From NCBI GenBank assembly GCA_030704615.1, contig CM060731.1, positions 33,232,001-33,296,000 of the forward strand: DNA of 64,000 nucleotides, written 5' to 3'. Source of the DNA: Takakia lepidozioides (lineage: Eukaryota > Plantae > Bryophyta). Of this stretch, positions 12,401 through 22,786 are shown in pieces. Numbering within the stretch: position 1 is the stretch's first letter; every line of letters starts with the position of its first letter. The notes under the pieces are model-generated. The model was not told the DNA's origin. It searched no databases and saw nothing but the letters and a program-made list of their open reading frames with translations. The position numbers and the translations under genes were made by a program.

Positions 12401-13860
12401 CACTTGGGCAGTCTGCCCACATCTCTCGTGGGGAATATGTTGTTTGACATTATTGTGGCCAGTCTGCTGGACAGTCTCCCGAACTCCTTGTAAAGCCAGG
12501 ACAAGGTCCCTTGCACCTCTGGCAAAAGAGTCGAAAGCAGCCTGCACTTGCTTGTCTTCCAGAACAACTCGCCCTGCAACACATGTTTATGCAAATGTGA
12601 AATTGTAAAAAAGTTGGCAAAGAAATTGAGCTGAAACACGAAAGTTGCCCATAACATTTTACCTTCCAAGAGATTTCCCACGAGGCCAATGTCCTTGATT
12701 TGCCGGCACAGGCATGCTCCATCAAGATGAGCAATGGCGCCGATGCGGTCTTCAGTTGGGATCCCACACCATAGGACTTTGAAGACATTGGGATTCTGCA
12801 AAACAATGTCGAATATTGCTCGCTCCATTACCAATGCAATGCGTCATCCACCACAAACTTTTGTGAATGGTCTGTTCCATGGAGTAAGTCCATCCTCAAA
12901 CTATGCAGATCCTTCATCAACTTGTTGTATGAGCGAAAATTGCAAAATTGCATCCATCTGTGTTGTAGGAAGGAAGCTGCCATGCGCTCAAAGTCCTCCT
13001 CAGTCAATCCGAACAAGTGTTTTCTTCGCACCCCAAAGGTTGGATGTGCCATAGGCATATGTCTGAGGTCTTCAGGCCGTGGGTCATCCATGAGAATCAG
13101 CTGCACAAGTAGAGGCGGCGCATTTTGGTCGTTTGTGGCTTCAATGGCAACAGCAGAGGCGGCTTCTAGAACATGGTTGGCTTCCTCAATAGAAAACTCC
13201 ATGGAATAATGAAAGGGTACAAATGACCATCGGCGGTCCGCAACAATCCGGTGGAGCTCATTATGCCAATCCAAATGGGGATTAATTTCTCCCACCCTAA
13301 GCCGGGGAAGTGTGAGGTCTTCAGCTCCGGGTCGAATTACCGGTGATGGCGATCGCCAAACTACAAAAAGCGCCGTGCTATGTGAGAGAAAGGCAGTCTG
13401 TTGGTAAGTCTGCTGGTCCGCAGTCTGTTGGATGACAAGACTTCCCATTGGCATGGGCTGCATGATGGGCTCCTGGAGAAGAGTCTGTAGGATAACAGGC
13501 TGCTCGTTGGGAGTCTGCTCTGTTGGAGTCTGCTGGATGACAGGCTGCTGAACGGGAGTCTGCTGGATGACGGCCTGCTGAATGGGAGTCTGCTGGATGG
13601 CAGACTCGGCTGTCCCAGACGCATTCCCCCCCGACGCATCTTCAATATGTAATGCCGCTATAGCAGCAGATGACCCAGGATACTTCAATAATATGTACAC
13701 TCGCACGCGGTCCACTTCCGCATGCACTACAGTCGCTTGTAAAGGAGCATCATTGCTAGGTATCCGCCAAACCTAAATGGCCCTACGAATATAAACACGT
13801 TCATCCTGGTATACGGCAGAGAACTTCGACGTCAGGAACATGGACGTGGACTCTATATTC
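9401..13860 (-). pseudogene. Ulp1/C48 SUMO-protease-like multi-exon gene of the MULE with long Q/T-rich N-terminal region, degenerate
   Basis: C-terminal exons read ..RVHFILVPIGDE | GHWSVCIIDLRKGCYTHLNSIRDLHKC..APDVPQQPFSWECGFYVMSF (His, Asp, Gln oxyanion and Cys motifs of C48 peptidases). Upstream ORFs 10612-11016, 11108-12547, 12828-13727 have QQT repeats and an NLS-like KRPAKKK. Stops and frameshifts in the ~10020-10310 exon. The 5' exon structure is uncertain. Confidence 0.75.
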
Positions 13861-14137
13861 ACCTCATGCAGCGGACTGGACTCACAGACCAGCAGACTGT
13901 AACGTGTGTACGTAGGGTGGAGGCAACTAGTAAATTATACCAGTGGACTGGACCAGCGGACTGACAAACAGACTTAGTAAGTAATGCAGCGATATAAAAC
14001 AGACTAACTGACGAGCGGACTGAGCCAGCGGACTGAGGAGAGAACGCAGGGGACTGACCAGACTGAATAGGCAACGTGACCCCGATGATAGACTCAAAGA
14101 GCACAGAGAACAAACTGGGCGGTCAGACTGACCATTA

Positions 14138-15097
14138 CCTCCTCTACTTCATCATCGTCATCTTCATCTTCAAAGCAGTTCAACTAGTTCTGTTCCGCCT
14201 GTCGGATTAATGTGCATAGCAGACCTGACTGGGCAACTCTGTAGAAATAACGGAAGAAGTCAGGATCCCCAATTGGTGGGCACTCTGGTGGGAAAAGCCC
14301 AAAGTCAACAAGGCGCAATGTGCCAGGGCAAACTGACCCTTCAGTGCTCTACTGAGTTTTAGGTTTTGACCCTAAACCGATGGCATGGGTCGCGATATTT
14401 GTGTGAGTCTGCTGCCGAGTCTGGTCAGGCAAGTCAATGTCCACTAGACTTGTCACCCCTTCCAGGCCCTGAGCAGATTCACTTTCAGTATCAGTACTAA
14501 TGGTGTGGGTCTGCCGCCCAGGACGCGGTTCAGTCTGTTGCGTGGATTTTGCCCTTGCCTCGCGAGCAGACCTTGCAGCCTTTTTTTTTTTTGCCTCTCC
14601 TTTTTTTGGGCCCCATCACTCAGTTTACGTTTTCTGGGAGCGTCCATCGTTCCCTGCACTTGCAAATCCTCCATTGACGGGCCACCACAATGGACGCCAT
14701 ACCGTGCGCGCACTTCGTCTAATTCCAAAGTGCGGGGGTCAAGCACTGATCCGCGCAAGCGCATTGTGGCCTCTTTGACAATCGACATTTCTTTCAGTAT
14801 CGGCCAAGGCTTGAAATCCCGTGGAATCATTGCAACAGTCTCCTTGCAACCCGTGTCAACACAATGCCGATTTAGTTGGATTTTGTCCTTGATTACCTCT
14901 TCACAGAAGGGACAGAAGAGCTTGTCCTTCTACCAATTCGAGTTTTTGGGATTCCGGGCGCGGAGGTCTACAAATGCTTCCACTATTTTATGATCAAACT
15001 CGTCTGGTGAGTACCAGTACCTTTGCTCCTTCTTCAGTCTGGTTTGGTGCACAAAATCCAACCAGTCCGCTCCACCTTTTTCACAAGCATCCTCCAT
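14138..15097 (-). pseudogene. Zinc-finger/NLS coding segment inside the MULE (separate gene or first exons of the Ulp1 gene)
   Basis: MEDACEKGG..NW*KDKLFCPFCEEVIKDKIQLNRHCVDTGC..PRKRKLSDGAQKKERQKKKR read through one TAG at 14930-14932; acidic exon EDEDDDEVEE ending at a GT donor at ~14137. Confidence 0.5.
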
Positions 15098-16784
15098 CAC
15101 TGCAGAATGAAACGAAGGTGCAAGGACAATGAGCGACAAAGCGACAGATAGAAGTCCTATGAAAAGACTCACCCTAAGCAAGAAGAGGACACAGAATGGA
15201 TTGGAAACACCGCAGCAAGTGAGAACCTCACCGAGCCGATGAACTTCGAGTTGTTACGAAGGCGAGCGTGTTTGCGACGCTTCGCGGCTCACCGCGACTC
15301 TCCACACCTGGGGAAGAACGGTCGTCTTTCGTTACGGTGATGGAAACGCAAAGAGGAAAACAAAGCAGTGCAAAACTGTGCGAAGAAACAGGCGCGAAGA
15401 GAATGGAGAAAGTAGAAGTAGAAGGGGGAAAACGGGCATGGCACTGCCAACGTGGCGCGATTTCACAGGCGCGACCTATCTGCCGTCATCGCATTGAATA
15501 CGTCCACCGAACGAACGGATCGTACTAAATTCATCCACACTCCTTGCAAGTGCAACAGACTCATTTCCCATCGGGCCGAGAGTCCACCGGACCGCCAGTC
15601 CAGCGGACTATTCGCTTTGCTGAGGCGAAGCGGCTTCATATTGGAGGAACTTCCCTGCCAGCGGAATGAAGACAAAAGAGAGTAAGGGGAGAACAGGAAA
15701 GTCGAACACACCCATTGCAAATAGACTCGCGGCACAACAGACTGATGCATGCACAGTCCAACAGTCTGATATCCATAGAGGAGAACTATCCAGCAGACAG
15801 ACGTTTCGCCAGACTGGCGGGAGAACAAGCCAAAAGACTGACCGAAGGGAAAATAAGAAGTCAAACAGACTTAGTGCAACAGACTTCCGACACAACAGAC
15901 TGACAAATTCACAAGTGCAACAGACTGATATCCCAACAGACGGACTTCCAGCAGACCGCCTTCAAACTGACTGTTATGCACGCGATAAGGGGAATATCCG
16001 GAGCACTGACGGGCCAGCGGACCCACTGTGAACAGACTCGCGACACAACAGACCTCAAACATCCACGCGCATTTGCAGATTGTCTCAGACATCTCTCGTC
16101 GTGGCTCAGACATCTACATTCAGCAGGTGCGTGTGGATGTTTGAGGACCTTACGACTAGATGGTGTTCCGTGACGACTCGAATTGTTTTTTTGTGCTGCC
16201 ATCCCTTATATAATACCATGTGGATCCATCACAAAGCTGGGTTTCTTCAGATTCTCCACCCTTTTCCATAACTTATGCACGACGGATGCAAGCCGCTATA
16301 CTTGGTCACATAAACAGTCCCATCGTCCGATACGAAATCTGCAATACACGCCCCCATGTGCATACGCTTCCACCATTTTTGCAGCCCATGTTACCCATGG
16401 GTTCCTTTAACGAACTAACTTGTGAAGGCTCTCATGAGGGATGCAGTACGAAGGGGCTAAACGTATCATGACGGATCACAAGCATAGGACGTTATCGACG
16501 ACAGATGTCCGCATTTTCCATATTTATGACATAGAACCAAACCATGAAACGAAGGTTCCTGAAAGCACAACAAGAAGGCAAAAATAGTGGAAGCATATGC
16601 ACGATGGTGGCTGTAGTGCCCAGACAGTCCTCTCATGTTCAAGCACACGCTTCATCATCATCATGAACATCGCGCGCAAAAGAAGAACAATCGCGTGCAT
16701 GGAAACGCCTACCGCAACATCGGACAATAAACAACCGTCAAAAGAGAGCGGCCGGGATTTGGTGGGAAGATCATTGCCATTTTC

Positions 16785-17137
16785 GCAGCCCTAAAATTGG
16801 AGGGCTCGGATGGGTTATGGGAATGGACGGTGGCGATCCTGCGCCGTCAACGGACTGGATGGCGGGGGACTGGGCAGCGGACTGGCAGACTACTGGGCAG
16901 CGGACTGGCCAGCACCGGACTGGCAGACTGGAGGGCAGCGGACTCATGGGCGGGGGACTGGCCGCGCGGCGGACGGGGGCGCGGGCGCGGTTGCTGCAGC
17001 CGCGTCCGCGGCTGGGCGACCGCGCGCAGCGGCGGGCGGGGCGGGCGGGGTGCTGGGGAGCCGGGCGTCCGTGCGCGGGGCCCACCGGCCACATCGCACG
17101 TGCCCATTGAAGACCCTATTATCTTAAAATGAGAGGC
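16785..17137 (-). repeat. MULE right terminal inverted repeat (~353 bp)
   Basis: Inverted copy of 4753-5131. Confidence 0.95.
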
Positions 17138-18692
17138 GTGAATTGAGGTGTATATGTGGCGTAATTAAAATGATTGACAAGACATGCATACAAAGTTCAC
17201 ATTTATAAATGGAGTAATGTGGCAGATGTAATTTATATGTCTTTATATTAAAGGTTTTCACAATCGTCCTCAAACTGGTTATTATTAGATCATATTTGGA
17301 CAAAAAAATTAATATCTCCATGTAAATGTGGATCATCTAAAGCGTATTGGACAGATCACAAACTAATCTATTTAACTTTCAAACTTCTCGATTTTGTCAA
17401 TCATTTTATGTTCCGTGATAATTCATTATGAACAATTACATCATATTTAAACACACAACGTTTCATTTTAAAATAGAACATCATTCATAATCACTTCAAA
17501 ATTAAGATACAATATTATTAGCCATAACATCATTTCATAAAAATTTATATCAATAAAACAAAGGCAGGGCCTCCGTGTATCTCACACCTTGTTGGTAATG
17601 ATTGTGGTATGATGGATTCCTTGAAGCATTTGAAGATATGATTTTGGAGTGTATTGAGGTCATATTGGAGAGACTTGAGGCTGTGAATGGATTTCTCCAC
17701 GCACACTAATCTGATCCATCTAAGAAAAAAATCATTAGTGGTAATAACGAATGTCAGACTAAGTTTATTAAGGTCCATGAATGGTTCTCTATATTAACTA
17801 CATAAAATTAAAAAATTGCATACATCACAATCTTCCATTGTTTAGGATGAATTTAGGTGAAAAATTAAGAAAACAAAGTTCATATTATTCCAAAATAAAA
17901 TTATCAATAAAATGAGTTTTTTTAATTGTTTGACTATCAATAATAAAAAATAACTCTAGTGAGGGCACAAGGTCGCCTGGTTTGGCTGGGTTCAAAACCT
18001 CAAAAGGTGTATACTGGACCTCCCATTATTGTAGCAAACCAATGTGGGAAAAAAAGGTCATTGGTTTCAATGATCACCTTATTCTTTTGCCAAACGCCAA
18101 GGCTTTGGAGTTGGCCCGGTCACAAAACATTGGCAATAGTCTTTTTGGAACAAATTTGGGCAGAAGGAGTCAATGTCTTTTTATCTTTTCATTTTTTAAT
18201 CTTAAGTTTTTAGTCACTAGTAATGATGGTAGCCATGAGAATCATAATCCAAAAAAGGAATGGAAAAACAAACAAAATATGAAAGAAAAATTCAGCATTA
18301 ATAAGAGCATACCTTTAGCCTACCTTATTAATGCAAAAGATATCAATAGTATGTATTTCAAAAAAGCATGTAGATAAAAAGAGGGCAGTATGCAAAGAGA
18401 AAGCGTCTGGCAGTTCCAAGAATCTCTGAAAGAATTGCTTGGACAACTTTTCTTTTTCAGTTCCACAGGGAATTTGATTAACATCAAATTCATTAATTCT
18501 CCAACCACCATGATCCCACCAGATGCCTGTCACATCTGGTTGTTCTTGACTTAGTTCCCCAGGATGGTCGCCAAATGTCGAGCAACTTTTACTCACCCAT
18601 CCCTTCGCTATCCGAGGAAGGAACTCCAAGATAGAAGAGTTGGATATCTCTAAGCACTCAGCCCGCTCAGAACAATCAGTCATGACCTACAT

Positions 18693-19320
18693 CTAGTGTA
18701 TCATGGTAATGCTTTTTGTCTCAACTGTGGCACTAAAGATGATGATGTCATCAATGTAGCACCGGGCGAAGTCTAGCCCTGCAAGAATCCTATCCATGAC
18801 CCTCTGAAACTCTGTAGGAACATTCTTCAACCCAAATGGTAGGAAGCGCCATTGGTACAAACAATCCTTCCCATGCTGGTCAATCCCCCATAATGTCATC
18901 TTTTGCTTGTCAACCTCTTTGATTGGCAACTGGTGATAACTCAATCGTAAGTCTAATGTGCTAAACACCTTCGCATGCCAATGACATCAAAGATTTCTTC
19001 TAGAGTTGGCATGGCATATCTATCAGACTTAGTCTGACGGTTCACAGGACGATAGTCCTATACATCCTTCTTTCTGTCCAATTGCCATAGATATCATTCT
19101 TACCTTGCATCGCCATGACATACTCCCCGCCTGACAACTCCACGAATCCAGCTTCGAACAACTCCATAGTCCGTGACTGGATCAAAGACCTCTCCATGTC
19201 ACTATATCTGTAGGGCCTTCGAAAAATTGGCGTGTCACTTGTCAAATCAATACGAATCTCTAGGCCCTTCAAGCTCCCCCAATCCTTCAAACCGAAGGCA
19301 AGCAATTTCTATAAGCCCTT
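18693..19320 (-). pseudogene. gypsy reverse transcriptase fragment
   Basis: PIFRRPYRYSDMER..; YAMPTLEEIFD; FSTLDLRLSYHQL..LWGIDQHGKDCLYQWRFLPFGLKNVPTEFQRVMD..CYIDDIIIFS; several frameshifts. Confidence 0.92.
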
Positions 19321-19789
19321 AGAAATCACCGGATCCTCCGTCTCTCTCCTCCGGTGACTATAGGTCCAACATCCGGTTCCCAATTATCCTCAGTGACTAC
19401 AATCTTGGGTACACCAGGCTTGGAGGTAGGAGACGCATCATTTGGTTGCTAGATAGCAACTTCTTGGGCCTTGTCCGCCCACCCAGACTGTGGCGTAATT
19501 TGAGAATATCCTCAATCTCTTCAAAAACCTTAGCCACCTTGGCCTCCAACTGATCCTCAATGTATGGCTCTCCCCACTCCTCATATTGCTGCTTGAGAGA
19601 TCCAATGACTCTCTCTTTGCGCATCTCATCCCATATCTGCCATGTGTGTTTGCACCCCATGTTCTTGTGCTCGTCCCCACTCATAGCCTCCACCATCCCG
19701 GTTGGCAGAGATGGTGCAATATCCAATGGAAGTGCAGAAGTAGCCACCATGCTTGAAATCTCCATTGCTCAGCCATGCACAAGCCAATG

Positions 19790-21000
19790 ACCCATGTCAA
19801 ACAATTTAGATCCAGTGCTTGACCCAACACCTGACGTCGTGATGCATCTGACAGAGCTGACATAGCTATAGTGCCCGTAGCAAACCCCATTGCCCGCTCT
19901 CACTCATCCGCACTAGGCTCCACCAATTGCTGTAGCGTGTTGTCCCAAATCAATCCTGGACCATTGTCTTGAAAAGCATGAGACGAGGGAAAACTCATGA
20001 GTGTAGGCAATGCCGCACGTGGTTGCCCAACTCGATTGACCACCGCCAAAGGTGGACGATCATCATGTCGCACTCTCTGTGGTTGCCTCCCTTGGTCCAA
20101 AATGCCCTCAACCGTGAGGTTGGGTGACCGTTGAATGGAATCATAAGCTCTCTTGAGCAACTCTGGTGGTGTGGGATTGGTCCACCACAACCTAGGCCTA
20201 TGTGCCCGTGAACCCACTACAGCTGCATCCAACAATACAGCTGGTCCAATCCATGACTGGATCTGATGCACATTGGCCATAACCCTAGCCCGAAAATCCC
20301 CCATGAGAGGAACATTCTCCAGGATGTAAGCTGGAGGTTGCACTTGCCTTACCTGTAAATCACGCAACACTTGCAACATCTCCCAAAACAGATGCGATCG
20401 TGCATCATGCAAACCATTACCATGACCTGCGGGAGAATGTCCTTGGCAAGGCCACCCTCCTATCACCAAGTCAATGGGACCATGCCGATCCAAATCCTCC
20501 GCCCCCAGCATGGTAATGTCTGCTGACACGGCCTTTTGATACCCTTGAATTGCTGAGAGAGACAACAACTCGAGATACCGGTGTGTGAGCAAGATGATGT
20601 GACGCATGGAAATACGCCGAGCAATCTCATCCTTCTCCACATACAAGTACTTGTGTACTTTAATCCCTGCTTGCAACACTCCTGCAAGCCCAGTGTTCAT
20701 GCCTCCAAATAGGTCTAGCAAACAAATCCCTGAGTCGGGCGGATGCCAGGTGATGGGCACTGTGTCCAAAGAAGCTAACTGAGGTGGTCCAGGTGATGTC
20801 ATTGAACTCCCCTCACTCATCAATGGAAAGGCCTCATGCCCTGATTGGTGCACACACTTGTCTGCTATTCGCTGCAAATTCCCAACCGTACCCCACTGTA
20901 GAACATGCACAGGCACATGGAGAAAAAACTCAACCTTGTATGCCAATTGTTTGTCCTCATCAGATGGTGGCCTATCATCTGCATGGCTATGGCCCTCCAA
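19790..21000 (-). pseudogene. DNMT3-like C5 cytosine DNA methyltransferase domain embedded in the gypsy pol
   Basis: Motif I LLDLFGG, II YVEKD, III ADI, IV LVIGGWPCQ (catalytic Cys), VI YILENV, VIII RAHRPRLWWTN. After a single TGA at 19900-19902, motifs IX/X follow in frame: ERAMGF..SRRQVLGQALD. Motifs VIII-X resemble DNMT3 (AHRARYFWGN; ERVFGF; RQRLLGRSW). Confidence 0.92.
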
Positions 21001-21287
21001 GAGCTCACCACCCTAAGCCACCATCTCTGAGAATGCAGCCAATGTGGGCATCATGTTCATATGATCCATCCTATATTCCCAATAAACCGCACTATGAGCA
21101 GTGCACGTCGGCCATCCCCTGATTGCCATTCCGGCCTATAGGACGCCGTTTCCTCCCAAAAGTCCAGAATAAATCCCATTGGGTATAACACAGCCCCACC
21201 AACAAGCACATCATAGGACATTGCGTATGTAACAATGGCTTTAGCTCTCATGATTGAGCCGTCCGTAGGACGATCTGACTGCAATCG

Positions 21288-22038
21288 GACAGTTGCAGGG
21301 TTGAATGGACCAAAAATGACAGATCCTGCTCCATGAAAGTCCATGACCAAAAACAAAAAGTTGATGATACTATCCCAATTTTTTTTTAATGATAGATAAT
21401 GGTATACTGAACATATTTAGTAAAGAGTCCTACCCCAAATATAAAAGATATAATTCATTAAATATTTTAGTCTATTATTTAGAAAAATTATGAAAAAACT
21501 AAAAATTAGAGTTTACAAAAACATTTCAATATGACACCTAGCCATTGAAGATTATAGGTTTTTATACTTCTAGAAAAAAAATGACACCCAAAATCCAAAA
21601 AACAAGATGAGCTATGGACTTTTCAAAAAATGCCTATTTTTTTTGACATATATTAGTCCATATGAGTCAAATGACAAATGATTTTGCCACTTCAAATACA
21701 TATCTATGATGTGGACCAAAATGGCCCCCTTATGTCCAAATTTCAATGGAATTCACCAATGGCACATAGGAGAACTTGAGTCCATTGTAATTCCATTCAT
21801 TGCGGTAACAGTCCACAATGACGGTGTTCAAAAGTCCATAGCGGAGTCATTTCTTATCGGATTCATGATTAGAGAGTTGCTATGGGTACGTATTGAAGTT
21901 AGGAATCCTATGACATATATATTTTTTGGTTTTAATGAGTTAATTCAATTTCAATTGATGACACCATCAATTGCAGTCATCTAAAACTGTGCTGGTAACG
22001 TCCATTTTGGTCCAGTCAACCCTGCATTCACCCAATCG
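21288..22038. mobile_element. AT-rich MITE-like insertion splitting the gypsy protease
   Basis: Inverted repeats TGCAGGGTTGAATGGACCAAAA (21294-) / TTTTGGTCCAGTCAACCCTGCA (-22026). Direct repeat CAATCG at 21282-21287 and 22033-22038; removing the insert restores RHELFIRL|QSDRPT in frame. Confidence 0.8.
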
Positions 22039-22786
22039 AATGAAGAGCTCATGGCGTGTGATCCCTCGAGCCTTCTCTGAACCACCCAAAGATGTTTGAA
22101 TTTGGAAATGGCAAGGCTTCAAGTCCGCCTTAGTAAGACCCAAGCTTGCAATTGCTGCTCTCCATAACATCAATGGCTGTGCTCCTGAGTCCAACAAGAC
22201 CCGCAATGGCCTTTACCTCCTCGTGGTTGGGCCACCCAACTGAAACATTTCATCCTGATTGTCCACCAGGACTACTCCATGAGTCACCATGTTACGCTCG
22301 ATAGCTGGCCTAGCTGGCAACTCTTGCAACCGTGCAGCTGCCGCTTGCCATGGCGCAACTGTGGCTGTCTTTACCCTTGAATCCAGGGCATCCATACACT
22401 GCATCTTATCCGCTATCCCCGCAGATAGTGCCGATGCATCACCATTCTCACCGAGTCTAGCTGCTAGTCTGAACACAATAGCTGGTCGAATCCCCGACAT
22501 TGCAATGGTCATCGCACAAAATAATGGAGCTTGATAAACAGCCGTAGCCGCCCCCAACAGTGTACTTCTTGTACCTTGACTCCCAGTAATATCTACTGGC
22601 ATCCCCCAAGCCATGCCAACTCTCCCCAATGGCACTCTTGGCTCCATCTCTGACACACTTGGACGAGCCGGCACCATCGATGGTGTGGTTGGCACTGTCT
22701 TGGCTAATGTGAAAGATTAGAGAAGCCTTGTCTGTCGACTTGCTTCCCCTCTCTATGGATCAAAATCCACATCCGCTCCCCTTGGC

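Larger units (their letters stand above)
4753..17137 (+). mobile_element. Mutator-like DNA transposon (MULE), 12,385 bp, Ulp1-carrying, coding-defective
   Basis: Termini GCCTCTCATTTTAAGATAATAGG / CCTATTATCTTAAAATGAGAGGC. Identical 9-bp TSD GTGAATTGA at 4744-4752 and 17138-17146. Long TIRs, an internal MuDR-type transposase and a convergent Ulp1 gene. Confidence 0.96.

Noticed and set aside
17545-18683. ORFs in the AT-rich spacer between the MULE and the gypsy RT
   Set aside because: No motifs recognised; the 18315-18683 ORF does not continue RT/RNase H.
19790-21000. Bacterial restriction-modification methylase or host DNMT3/DRM gene
   Set aside because: Intron-less, flanked on the same strand by retroelement protease and RT, DNMT3-like motifs VIII-X, and no regulatory domains or cognate nuclease.
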